Below, one piece after another: positions 13,225 to 26,049 of a stretch of 63,826 bases of DNA (position 1 is its first letter; each line of letters opens with the position of its first letter). The position numbers and the translations under genes were made by a program. Source of the stretch: Euprymna scolopes (Eukaryota); assembly GCA_053919585.1 (NCBI GenBank), contig CM132786.1; one strand, written 5' to 3'. The notes beneath the pieces are model-generated. The model did no database searches and was not told the origin of the DNA. It saw only the letters and a list, made by a program, of their open reading frames with translations.

Positions 13225-13228
<4 letters not shown>

Positions 13229-13594
13229 TTAAAATTGACAGAGTTATTGCGTAGGGAAATGTACACACACAGACACACAGATACACACACAGATAGATAC
13301 ACAGACACGTTCACTTTTATAGATATGCTAGAATGGGTGCCCGCGTTGCCCGGGTGTGTGGAGTTTTACTAAGTTACATCCATGTCCAAGGAACCTATCT
13401 CTATAATTTCAAGTGTTTAGACCCAAAATTGTCGGAGGAGTTTCGTAGAGTTCTCAACGGCCTAATGTTGAACTTTGATCCCTTTATCGTCAAATTTCTG
13501 GCCGAACGCCGATCATATCAATTTTCCCAAATCTCAGTACACTGTATATCAAATATTGAGTCTGTAGAAAAAAATTGACAGAGAGAGAAAGAGA

Positions 13595-13625
<31 letters not shown>

Positions 13626-13676
13626 GCATGCATACAGACAGACAGGCAGACAGCAGACAGATACACAGACACGTTC

Positions 13677-13680
<4 letters not shown>
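13225..13680 (-). mobile_element. non-autonomous Helitron (Lep1-like), one full plus one partial copy in tandem
   Basis: CTAG plus hairpin GGGTGCCCGCGTTGCCCGGGT at 13329; (ACAG)n-CACGTTCAYTT end at ~13310 and ~13670; homologous to 46054-46480. Confidence 0.7.
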
Positions 13681-13734
<54 letters not shown>

Positions 13735-13777
13735 TTGTATCTGTGTGTGATTGTATGTGTGTGTACATAAACACACA

Positions 13778-13846
<69 letters not shown>

Positions 13847-14536
13847 TGCGTAACCGCTTCTTGCAGATCTAAAGTTACTCGAGAATAACAAGTCAGGACG
13901 TCTCAATTAAGATCGTAATGCGGCAAATACGGAAATGTTTGATTATTTAACTAGATGACTCAAACATTTTGCTTACATTGTACTAAAAACGAAATGGTGT
14001 CGTTACATTTGATGCAACCTATTAACATCGTGTTACGAGCCGATTATTTTTTAGAAAAAAAAAACCTTGCCTATAAAATCGTCGTTTAGTTTATTCACAA
14101 AGTTAATGTTGTTGTTATTAGACATATATTGTGTTTGGTATTTTAACTAGTAGATCTGAGTTGAGCAAAAACATCACGTTTAAAGGTAGATTCGTTAGGT
14201 CTTTTTCGATCAGAACGAGAAATAGGGAAAAAAGTGGATCGTCGAACAGATTTCGAAGCCGATTTCGCATTAGATCAAGGCATGAAACGTGCGCTAGGCA
14301 GCTTCACTTCAGGTCGTACGTTATTGGTTTATTGTGAGTGTAGCGGTTTATGCCGGGAGTTCTGGAGCAATATAATTATCCAATTATTTTTTCCGTCCAC
14401 CCTGTCTAAGCATCTGATGTATACCTTTTATGTTAACGGTGTTTTTGTCTTAGAAGTTTGTAACATCAATCTGCCTCCTCAAAACGAGAATGACCATGTG
14501 AAATTGGTTCTAAGTAGGGTTCACGGCGCAAGACAT

Positions 14537-14590
<54 letters not shown>

Positions 14591-14699
14591 CTATGTATGT
14601 ATTTATATAATAATATATGCACAATCAATAAACAAACTCTTATTCACTATGTTATTGATTTGCTAGCTCGACTGTACATATAAACAAGTAAAAAATTGG

Positions 14700-15000
14700 A
14701 CGTTATAATACTTAAGAAAGAAAGGAACCTAAATAAATTGGGGATTTTCGTATCGAAGCAGATCACAGGGTGAGAATCAAGCATATAGAACAAAAAACTG
14801 CAGAATTTTGCACCGAATCGAAAAAAATATTGAACTTGAAAACTCAATATAATACAGAGAAATTAAGCAATACTACGAACAGTTCTAAATAATAAATCAA
14901 CGGGAATACTGAGACTATGCAACGGAAGGTAATTCTGAAAACAGCGGAAATATTAACAAAACCCTTCGAATATGGCCACTAATTAACATGATATATAAAC
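14700..15000 (+). mobile_element. possible PLE N-terminal remnant
   Basis: QNFAP and PLRIWPLIN traces resemble PLE GLNFAP and PLRPIVS motifs. Confidence 0.25.
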
Positions 15001-15289
15001 GCTAACCGAGTTCAACGAAACTGTTACAAAAATGAAAGAAGGATGTAATTAAGAAAGCTGAATAAAAAAGTAAGCTGATAAGCATCCCGTTCTCAAAGTA
15101 ATATATATATATTTAAAAAAATTGTATATTCGGCATCGACTAGCACTATACCAAATATTCGAGGGATCAATGGATTTGGTAAAAAAGGTGAAGAGGAAAA
15201 GACTAAACAAGGCCTTCACTGAATGGGTTCGAAGAGGGCTAATAGCTAAGTAAGGGTTACTGACCCACAAATTAAAATTATGTCTAAAA

Positions 15290-15613
15290 AAACCCGTCTA
15301 GCTGAAACAAATGTCAATAATTTTCCCCTCTATTTATCTTTGCCTTAATCAAAGCGTAGATTCCATGAACAAAGTTTCTTTCTTAGAAGTGCCGCCTATT
15401 GAATTCTCTTCCGTTTTCCTGTTTCCAACCTGACTACAACTTGTATGTCTTCAAGTCCAACATAAACAAATTCCTGATAAACCGTCCCCTTAAGGCACAT
15501 TATCAAATATCTATTAAAAAAAATTCTTGTAGATTACTGTACACGCAATAACCCTTTGCCCCTAGTTGCATCCGGGCCTTGAAAAGTTGTGAATACCATG
15601 TAAAAAAAAAAAA
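15290..15613 (+). mobile_element. 5'-truncated CR1-group LINE 3' end
   Basis: homologous to 26510-26839; ends ...CCATGT followed by an A-tail. Confidence 0.7.
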
Positions 15614-16497
15614 TAAGTGTCAGAAATTGACACCAAGCGACTGTTGCAATAGTGCAAATTCATTTGAAAAAGTTGTTGAAATAGATTAGATGTACCGGGT
15701 ATTTGGGACGACTTGTTGCCATCCATGTGTGGGGAACACAACTGATTATTTTTAATAAGTATTCTGCGATGATGCCATGTGTGAAAACTACGACTACTGT
15801 TACTACTAATAGTCATAAGAATTATTAATGTTATTCTTATTATTTTACCATAAATATTAGTTCATCCTAACTACAATTGTTTGTAAACTAAATTAGAAAA
15901 ATAATTATCAGTTCTTTGTTAATAATTAAGAACAGTTATTTTATTTTCCGCAGTATGACAATACATTATAGGCGACAACGAACTCTAAATAGTTAGTTGT
16001 GTGTTATGGAATCTTGGAGATTACGTATCATCTCTGATACCCAGCACTCTCAACGTCTTTCGATAAGCAGGGGATACGTATTAGTGAATCGAAATAGCCG
16101 TTTACCATCAAAAAGCCTCGACATTCGACATATATTCACCCCACAAATCCCGTGTAGTCATTTTAACGCATTCAATCTATTAATATCTCAATAGTTTTTG
16201 ATATTTCACGCGAAATAAAATTTAGTTTGCCTTAACAATTGCAACACATGAGTGCATGTGTATGCGTTTCAAAATGATGTAAGTTATAAGATTTTTGAAG
16301 TTTATACCAACCGTAGTTCGGAACATGTGTTTTCCTTATCGTTGTTTTTTGGGGNNNNNNNNNNNNNNNNNNNNNNNNNNNNNNNNNNNNNNNNNNNNNN
16401 NNNNNNNNNNNNNNNNNNNNNNNNNNNNNNNNNNNNNNNNNNNNNNNNNNNNNNNNNNNNNNNNNNNNNNNNNNNNNNNNNNNNNNNNNNNNNNNNN

Positions 16498-16901
16498 ACT
16501 GTTTCGCTGTACAACAACACATCAGTGCACCTAGACATGCCCCTTTCCCCATCCGTGGATCGTACCTACAAACATCGCATTGAATCAGTGCCGTCTGTAT
16601 CTCTCCTCGAGTGTGTACTTAATCCACACCCGTTCGTCGCAACTCTGCTCTAGCCATCGGCTTTTTATTTACGTGCAAATTAAAAGTGCGTTCGTTAAAT
16701 AGCTTAAATATGCGTCGGGTGAAAATTTATTTACAAAGTGCTATACATTGTTTTTGCTAAGACTCAAAAGAGAGGGGGTAAATCGTCATCTACATACAGA
16801 ACTGTTTCGTTGTATCACAACTTATCAGTCCGGCTAGACATACACCTTTTCCCAGTCGTGGATCGAACCTACAACCGTCGCATTGACATTGGGCAGTTCT
16901 C
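16498..16901 (-). mobile_element. tRNA-Asp-headed hammerhead element, partial head-to-tail dimer (period ~303 bp)
   Basis: reverse complement: AATGTCAATGCGACGGTTGTAGGTTCGATCCACGACTGGGAA (tRNA-Asp-like, B box) then CTGATAA-GTTG-TGATA-CAAC-GAAA-CAG-TT-CTG-TA^TGTAGATGAC; ACTGTTTCG recurs at 16498 and 16801. Confidence 0.8.
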
Positions 16902-17284
16902 NNNNNNNNNNNNNNNNNNNNNNNNNNNNNNNNNNNNNNNNNNNNNNNNNNNNNNNNNNNNNNNNNNNNNNNNNNNNNNNNNNNNNNNNNNNNNNNNNNN
17001 NNNNNNNNNNNNNNNNNNNNNNNNNNNNNNNNNNNNNNNNNNNNNNNNNNNNNNNNNNNNNNNNNNNNNNNNNNNNNAATATGAAAACGCTCATATCTTT
17101 GATTCTATGGTGCGAAATTAAATGTGAATTTGCAGGGTTTTTTGTAAGATTATTCTCTTATGATGATTAGTAAAAAAAACAATCTTATTTTCCAACCAAG
17201 TTTTCCTATATTTGTGTATATAATGTCCTAGCAGCTAGCTTCAGTTCCCCTGTCTCCCGTGAAATAGAGCCAGGTTACTAACTA

Positions 17285-17340
<56 letters not shown>

Positions 17341-17810
17341 TAAAACTACAATTAAATTAACCAAAATGATTGAAGATGGTAAAACTAACGTATATTGTTA
17401 ATATTAAAGAATTAATATTTATAAAGTAATCTCAGCCAGATGTAAAAGCTCGATAAAACCAANNNNNNNNNNNNNNNNNNNNNNNNNNNNNNNNNNNNNN
17501 NNNNNNNNNNNNNNNNNNNNNNNNNNNNNNNNNNNNNNNNNNNNNNNNNNNNNNNNNNNNNNNNNNNNNNNNNNNNNNNNNNNNNNNNNNNNNNNNNNNN
17601 NNNNNNNNNNNNNNNAAAAACAAAATACATAGAAAGTATATCTTGAACACCTGCGGTAGAACTGTGAAAAAAGTTCAAAATCCTAGTGTTTTGATTGTGA
17701 GGTTTTAAATATTATAAACTAGTTATGACCAAAGTTTACTTTCATTTGGACCAAAAACTAAGAAACGGGATCTAATTAGAGTCGGGCCCCGTTTTTGTTT
17801 TCGGTCACCC

Positions 17811-17875
<65 letters not shown>

Positions 17876-18076
17876 TTATAGGAGATTAGAACAATAGTCT
17901 AAAGAGCTGAGTGTATTTCAATGTAACAGTGAAATTACTAGTTTAATTAAAATACAGGAACGAGAAAGTGCTCGTTGTAATTTAGATATATAATAAGCTC
18001 GATAGGTAAATATCTTAGAGCTAATTCAATTTAATTATAATTTGATTTTAAAATTTTAAATTATCAATCACATTAC

Positions 18077-18131
<55 letters not shown>

Positions 18132-18171
18132 CATTTAATCCTTTAAGATGTGCAAGCTATCACTAGTCCCC

Positions 18172-18219
<48 letters not shown>

Positions 18220-18516
18220 ATACATACATATATTGTAAGTACGCTAGCTTACTATTTTTATTGGTTTCCTCTTATAATCCCTTTTTTCATTTTTCTGCAC
18301 TGAGGGTAGAATTAAGACTTACAGTAAAGAAAATGTGCTATTAAGCATTATCTGTGATGATATTGGACTTGCAATGTGTGTGCATGATATATCTTCAGTA
18401 TTAGATCGTTTTTTCTCTAAATTGTTCAACTCGGGAAATTAATTTCAAGCTTACCCGATCGGGGACAGATTTCATTCTTTTATATGCATACACCTTAGAT
18501 ACTATTCCCCGACATT

Positions 18517-18567
<51 letters not shown>

Positions 18568-20394
18568 TTTTATTAATATATATATATGCATATATGTCAT
18601 TGGTTAATCTATCATAGCTTCATACACACACACGCACCCACCCACATACACACCCNNNNNNNNNNNNNNNNNNNNNNNNNNNNNNNNNNNNNNNNNNNNN
18701 NNNNNNNNNNNNNNNNNNNNNNNNNNNNNNNNNNNNNNNNNNNNNNNNNNNNNNNNNNNNNNNNNNNNNNNNNNNNNNNNNNNNNNNNNNNNNNNNNNNN
18801 NNNNNNNNNNNNNNNNNNNNNNNNNNNNNNNNNNNNNNNNNNNNNNNNNNNNNNNNNNNNNNNNNNNNNNNNNNNNNNNNNNGTATGTGTATTACTTTTA
18901 ATTCAATTGAACATAATAAGGTAGGTTACAAGTGAAAACTGCCAAGCAATCTAATTGAATATTTCGCGAATTTTTTCATGTGCAACTTTTAAAAACGTTT
19001 TTCACCGATTTGATTCGGTTTTCCTTTTCCCTTTGTTCGATTTCCTTTTTTATTTATACATTTTTGTAAGGGTGAGCTTTCATTTCCTGCTATCACTGCG
19101 TCAAACCTTCATCATTCGCGAGTTTTCGTCCACGTGATTTTTCTTCCATCATCATCTGCCTTTTATTTATTTTTTTATTTCCCATCCTTACTTAGAGCGA
19201 CCCATACACAGCCTTTTTCATCTTTGTCAATACATTAATCAACTGTTATTGAGCCTTGGGGGACATTACTGCATGTCGACGCAAACAATGCGTCGGCCCA
19301 TTTTCTAGGTGGGTACGGAAATGAACATGACAGGGAAGGGAAAATCTATTTATTTCATGAAAAAATGTTTTTTCATGTGAGTTTATAAACCCGCAATAGT
19401 CCTATTCCTTTCACTTTTCGTAGGTAATATCAAGGATATTAATAACAATGTCGGTTATATGTCTTATATAACTGGCAAATATATTAAGAATGACAAGCTG
19501 AACATATTAAAATCAAATAGGGTATGCTTTTTAATAGAAATTCGGCTGAGATTGTATATTTTAAACAATAATACATATACAGTTTAAGCCTGCTTTGTCA
19601 AATACGAAGGCAATCTAAAGGAAATGTTATATGTGTTCAGTAGCCTGAAATTCATGTCAAATTTTCTAAACTCGTTTTAAATATTTGCAAGCTATATTCC
19701 ATATGTTTCGCGATTATTCTGTACTAACATTTTAAATTGTGAAGGCTTTTAAAATTCAGATTATTCCTAAACATCTTGACTGCCCAAATTTTATGATTTA
19801 AGGTTAAAAAAACAGTCAAAAGAAGAATTGGAAAAACAAACTTGATTGTGAAAGATGGGTAATTTCCAAAATGATATCTATATGTGCAAAAAAAAATTAG
19901 ACGTAGAATATGCAATGAAATTTTGTTTAAAGCTTGAAAAACATGGCATAAGAACGTATGGAATGTTTCAGTAATGTTGGGTGCCATATTACATTAATCG
20001 TGCAACAGTCTTTGAGTTGCACGAGAGATTCAATGAATGTAAGAAGTCTGGGATATAGTGGGAGGTGTGAGAGGAGTAAGAAAATCAGAACACAAAGTTA
20101 CTTTGACAAATATTAAATCCCGTTAATGAGGAGCGTTGCGTTTCTATAGACAAAATAAGAGCACAGTTATTTTATAACTAATACGAGCAACCACTAGTCC
20201 TTTATGTTATTTCCTCTATTATAATTTTCTTGTTNNNNNNNNNNNNNNNNNNNNNNNNNNNNNNNNNNNNNNNNNNNNNNNNNNNNNNNNNNNNNNNNNN
20301 NNNNNNNNNNNNNNNNNNNNNNNNNNNNNNNNNNNNNNNNNNNNNNNNNNNNNNNNNNNNNNNNNNNNNNNNNNNNNNNNNNNNNNNCCATTTT

Positions 20395-20572
20395 ATAGTA
20401 TGAGGTCCAATGCAATGTCGGATGTATGCTGCCGGTTGCGTGATCTGTGTAGGTTTATAGGCATTCTGATGTGTGTGTCGTGTTTGCTTAATTGGTAGAG
20501 TGCTCGCCTAGCATACAGGAGGCTCGAGTTTAGAATTCCGAATTCGGATGTGTCTAAGTGATGTGCCGAAAT
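20395..20572 (+). mobile_element. tRNA-Ala(AGC)-headed element with truncated hammerhead
   Basis: GCTTAATTGGTAGAGTGCTCGCCTAGCATACAGGAGGCTCGAGTTTAGAATTCCG is tRNA-Ala-like; following GGATGTGTCTAAGTGATGTGCCGAAATA matches the 39680-39710 HHR lead-in; upstream 80 bp homologous to 39460-39540. Confidence 0.65.
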
Positions 20573-20582
20573 ACACACTGAT

Positions 20583-21028
20583 TCGTGGCCCGATGGTTAG
20601 AACAGCCGACTGTCAACTCGACGGTTTAAGGTTCGATCTAGAGCTGGGGAAAGGTGTATGTCTACCCGCACTGAAAAGTTGTTATACTAAGAAACATGAC
20701 TGTATATGCATGACAAATAAAAAGCCCCCTCTTTGGGTTGAGCATTTTGTAAATATATTGTCACCCGACGCGTATTTAAGAAATTAAGCGAAACCCACTA
20801 TTAATTTGTTTGTAAACAAACTTATGGTTTGAGCACTGTAAGCGACGGGCGAGTGTGAATGAAATACACACCTGAAGAGTACTTTACTACACATTTATGT
20901 GAAGCTTGATGGTTAGAACAGCTGACTTTAAACTCGACGGTCGTAGGTTGGACCCAAGGCTGGGGAAAGGTGTATGTCTCGCCGCACTGATGAATGATGA
21001 TACAACGAAACAGTCCCGTATATGGACT

Positions 21029-21030
<2 letters not shown>
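20583..21030 (+). mobile_element. tRNA-Asp-headed hammerhead element, partial head-to-tail dimer (period ~316 bp)
   Basis: A box GTGGCCCGATGGTTAG, anticodon loop CTGTCAA, B box GGTTCGATC, then HHR cores at ~20671 and ~20986 (CTGATGA..CAAC-GAAA-CAG); spacer homologous to 16590-16790. Confidence 0.8.
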
Positions 21031-21110
<80 letters not shown>

Positions 21111-22658
21111 CGTTTTTATATTAAAAAAAATATTCATAAAAATACTTTTTAAAACAATTCAAGGTAATTTTCTTGATCCATGGTCGTTAGAATTATGCAG
21201 ACGATAATTTTTAATAACTTAATTTTTAACTCTGATGGAGTCACATCAAGTTTTATAGTAAACACACACATCTATTTTTGCTAACTTTTATCCCCCTCTT
21301 TTTGAATATTTATTCTAAGGGATTGGATTATAGTTTATGTTTTTGTTCTTTCCCCACTAACATAGGACACAATATAATATAACTTTTTATTTGACTAGGA
21401 TTGTCTTATATAAAAATATTGCTTCCCAGGACTAATTGTAAATAGTGTCATTCCATCAATGAATTAAAAAAAAATTGGCGAATTTAGACAAAATAACGAT
21501 GATAAAGTTCAGCAGTTATATCGACAAAAACGTTGATTATAACAGTAGTACGGACTTTTTTGGATAATATAAGTCTCATCCTGTTTCTATCTTTCTTAGA
21601 AAAAATAGGCAAACAGTTATATGCATTGACTTTAGTTATATGTCCATGAAAAAAACAAAGAGTTTTCTACATCGATAACTCTTTTGAAATAAGGTTTTAC
21701 TTTCATTTTCAGAATTGTATTCCTGCGTTCCAATCTTTAACTATACCATCATCCGTGTAGTTTTGCAGATCAAACGACAGTCCAGCTAAATCTTGTTCCA
21801 ACGCGGCCAATGTGCAATTAAAATAGTGTCCAGTAGGCTTTTTCGTTTGGAACGCCATTTTCGTGGTCCTTTTAATTCCTCTCCCTTTTTTGATGTTTTC
21901 AATTTTTATCTTGGATTTTCTCCTCATGTAAAATGCATTCCTTATTTCACTGCATACACATTAGAGTCTTAATAATGTCTTATTTAACGAAATACATTTG
22001 AATGCTTTGTTTGATATTTTCTTATTTTTAAGACATTGCATATAATAAGATTGTTGCGTACTGACATCAGGAGAAAAATGAGATGAAGAGAGAAAGAAGT
22101 TCATATAAACCAATAGACATAGGAAAATCCCGGCCTTCTTGTCAAGATGTTTGTCACGTGATTATGGACTATATTTATACATAAATATATAATTCACCAT
22201 ATACATATAGGGGTTACAAATATTTGTTACAGCTCCGCGGGGTGGGCCTACATACTTTAATTTATTAATTTCATTAGTGTTCTGGCGATAGCTTGAGGAT
22301 AATATTTTTACTGCTCATTCAAAAATAATTATACTTCTAGAGATTGAATGGAACACACCTGCTTTTAGTAGTGTTTTAGTCTTCTTAATTTTATTAAACG
22401 CTTTGAGTAGCGCTATGAATTTTATTGTATTACCACTGCTTACTCTTGTATTATTCTGTTTTCTTCATGATATTTTGCAAAAGAAAGTGTCAGAGAAATA
22501 AGCGAAAGTATTATACCGCACTTAAGTGCCATTAAAAATTATCATACATTCTTAATATAAGTAGCAAGGACCCTGTACAAAATAATAACACAAAAATGTA
22601 CTTTGAGTCGATTAGTCATTGCTTTAACTAAGTAAGTTCAGAATTTGTATAAAAGTCA

Positions 22659-23860
22659 ATTAGGTTTACAAAAGGTGTTTTTTAACTTTCAATTTCACAT
22701 GAACATATCTCGCCTAAAAAAAAACAAAACATATTGACCAACATAAGCAACATCTGAATCAACACACATTTGCAAACATAAAACACGGGTATTAGTGCCA
22801 GTAACATACAAATCTTGCGTTCTGATGGCGATCAAGTTGCTAAAAGTGTCTCTTATGTTTAAGCATTTATTACGCAGAGAGTTGTCGAGATGCTTTAAAA
22901 ATTATAGTCGGTAGGTAAGATATATGGAGAGTATAGCGGATAAGGCAGAGTTTATTAGCTCCATTTGTTTTTCTGCATGGACGATTAGCAATGTGCATTC
23001 GGACATTGTCGTGGAAAAGAGTTGCCCCTTATATGCTGATTAATGTTTGGGTGTTGCTGTCATAGTTTCTGCCATATCTCATCTATTTGTTGAGAGTACG
23101 TGTCTGCCGTAATGGTTTCGCCCACATTACAAAAATAAATGTAATGGATGAGACGGGTCACAGACCACAAAAGAGTAAGCACTAGCTTCTTTTGATGCAA
23201 CTCTTGCTTCGGGAAGTGTCGTGAGGCTTGGTCAGCGTCTAACCACTGAGCTGAGCGTCACCGGTTTTTATAAAGAACTCACTTTTCATCGCAAATCACA
23301 ACCCGGTCGAAAAATGGGTCGTTCTTGTAACGTAAAAAGGGGTAGATTACACTTAATAAACGCGCTATTTTTCCTTGCCGTTCACTTAGTGATGTGCCTA
23401 TTTATAAAATTACTTGTTTTTCCAATCTCTCTCAAGTGGTTGTAAATGGTCGTATATTTTAATTCAGAAGAAAGTGTTCGAAAGGGTGTACGTGGATTGG
23501 CTTCGTATAAAGCTCTTAATTGATCGTTGCTCATATCTGATGGCCAAATGCTGCACTCATCCTTTTCGAGACGCCACAATACTCATTAAACAATCATTTT
23601 GTTTTGCCGTCAGTAGTGGTTACTGGGCCAAAAGCATTGTTCATATTAGAAGCTGTTTCAACTTCTTTTATCCCAGCTACAATTAAAATAATAAAACTGT
23701 GCGTATTTGCTGTTTTTCATCTTCTATTCAACGTTCTAAAAAAGGGCATACTTGTTTTAGAACGGTGTACGTTAAACAATTAGATCGATTGGAAAACGTT
23801 CGTTTTAATATTACTTGATTAATACAGGAACAATACTCGCTAAAAACTTATTGTAAAATC
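22659..23860 (-). mobile_element. decayed mariner transposon
   Basis: minus-strand LPYPLYSPYILPTDY (HPPYSPDLAPSDY motif) and TIYNHLREIGK; end TTAGGTTTACA homologous to the TIR at ~59830-59857. Confidence 0.85.
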
Positions 23861-24522
23861 ATCATTTAGTTCAGGAATAAAAACATGTCTCAGCAAATAC
23901 AAAGTTAAGGAAAACATTCTTGCTCACATGTATATGGACAAAACACGAAGTCCTCTCGAGGAAATGGATTTTTTGTAATCAACTTCGTTTAAGTAGTAAT
24001 TCTTCTAAAAATATGTCACAGGTAAGTGATATTTTCATATGTGTATGTGCAATTATAAACAATCATGTATATATAATGGCATTGTAGTTCACTTTAAACA
24101 ATGCTTGTAAACAAATAAGCATATATATTAGAAGTGTGTGCCAATATAAAGTGCCTGGGTGTTTACATAACGTATGATTAAAATAAGACACATAAACCAG
24201 TTGTTATGTNNNNNNNNNNNNNNNNNNNNNNNNNNNNNNNNNNNNNNNNNNNNNNNNNNNNNNNNNNNNNNNNNNNNNNNNNNNNNNNNNNNNNNNNNNN
24301 NNNNNNNNNNNNNNNNNNNNNNNNNNNNNNNNNNNNNNNNNNNNNNNNNNNNNNNNNNNNNNNNNNNNNNNNNNNNAACTTACATATAATGTATATATAT
24401 GTATATATATATATATATAACTACTTCATTTACTCACATAAAATTAATATACGAAAGTAGAGGTTTATACGTAAACTTTAAGTATTTACTTCAAAAGTGT
24501 TCAATACGTAGGTAGAGCTAGT

Positions 24523-24766
24523 TAGTCATATATAAAATATATATGGCGATTAAGCTACACTGAATATTCGGCGTTTCATCGAGAACTGATAGGAAAGAGC
24601 GCGGTGGATACTAGAAAGCTGATTTGCTAACTAAAATCCTCAACAGAAAAGGACCATATAAAAACGAGAAACAACCACAGAATTCGCGCATAAGCTTGAC
24701 GAGTCCTAGAGTGGATGAAACGCCGAATATTCTTTGTAGCTTAATCTCCATATATATTTTATAAAT

Positions 24767-24771
<5 letters not shown>
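24523..24771 (+). ncRNA. hammerhead-bearing element with ~57-bp terminal inverted repeats (PLE pLTR-like)
   Basis: TTGACGA-GTCC-TAGAGT-GGAT-GAAA-C at 24696-24721; 24523-24580 is the reverse complement of 24714-24771. Confidence 0.7.
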
Positions 24772-24809
<38 letters not shown>

Positions 24810-26049
24810 ATTAAAATTTAATTATCAGTAAATATTGCATTACTGCTAAATGGCAAATATATTTTACTATTTCTACAAAAAAAAAAGAAAACAGTTTCAA
24901 AAAACAAATAATCCGAAAATAATATCGTAAGAAATATGAATATGAAATAGTTGTCCGATTATGCACGTGAATTATTTTGAAAAATAAATAGATATATAAA
25001 AATTTGTAGTCAAGCCAAATTAAGTCTCTTTGTCTGTTTCATTTATAATAGGTTACCTCAAACAATCGCCATTCGTAATTGCTATTGACTAATTATAAAC
25101 TTATGCACACNNNNNNNNNNNNNNNNNNNNNNNNNNNNNNNNNNNNNNNNNNNNNNNNNNNNNNNNNNNNNNNNNNNNNNNNNNNNNNNNNNNNNNNNNN
25201 NNNNNNNNNNNNNNNNNNNNNNNNNNNNNNNNNNNNNNNNGAACATATTTAGTAGCCTTTGTAATTGACTGAATGTTCCCGGTCAACACGGTTTAAATTA
25301 GCTAGCAAATTCATAATCGTAGCCAAGTTTGTTTTGTAAACTAAATAGCAATTGCACTATCTTGATTGTTTCTTTGTGTATTTTATTTACGCCATTAACT
25401 ATTTCTATTGTTAGCCTTATGTTAGAGGCTAATTTTGCTCTATGCAGCAGCCGGTGTATTTTTTGTGAAAGTTCGACACAAAGAAAATGTCTATAATATA
25501 GTTTACAATGATAATTACACAGCATTGTGTGCTTTTCGTTGGTTATTGTCTGGATATAATAAGAAGAAACCTGATTGTGAACAAAGTCGACAACGAGGCG
25601 TTTTAGAGCAAGGGTGAAGAATGAGAAATACATGATTTGACGACAACAAAACAAAAGGAAAAAAAACTAATAAAAATGAACGGAGCGAAACATTGATAAG
25701 AGAAAACTAATTACGTATGCCTGTGACGAAGGCAGATATCGTAACTTCGTAAAAGATACATAAAGAAACAAAACAGATACGATTCACTTCGGTATATTAT
25801 GTATGTGTGTAAAGGAATAAAACTGTTATGTTAACTTTCAATGTGACAAAAAAGCAGATACTTATATTTCAGAGGAAAAATATGACTTATAGATACTTGA
25901 AGCGACGGATCACGAAAGTTTAACACTTTACGAAGAAAATGGTAATGATAAACAGGAAATACAATAAATAAAATTAAAAACATGAGCGCGTGGTTTAGTG
26001 GGGGAAGAGGTGGCTGTCGAAAAACAAGCTCCTATCTTTCCAACCTCAA

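Noticed and set aside
13490-14683. ORFs with [15 protein letters not shown] runs (and similar ORFs elsewhere)
   Set aside because: Translations of microsatellites, not genes
20478-20652. Functional tRNA-Ala and tRNA-Asp genes
   Set aside because: Acceptor and T stems do not pair properly; sequences are embedded in repeated HHR units
21709-21927. 72-aa minus-strand ORF
   Set aside because: No recognisable motif or supporting exon structure
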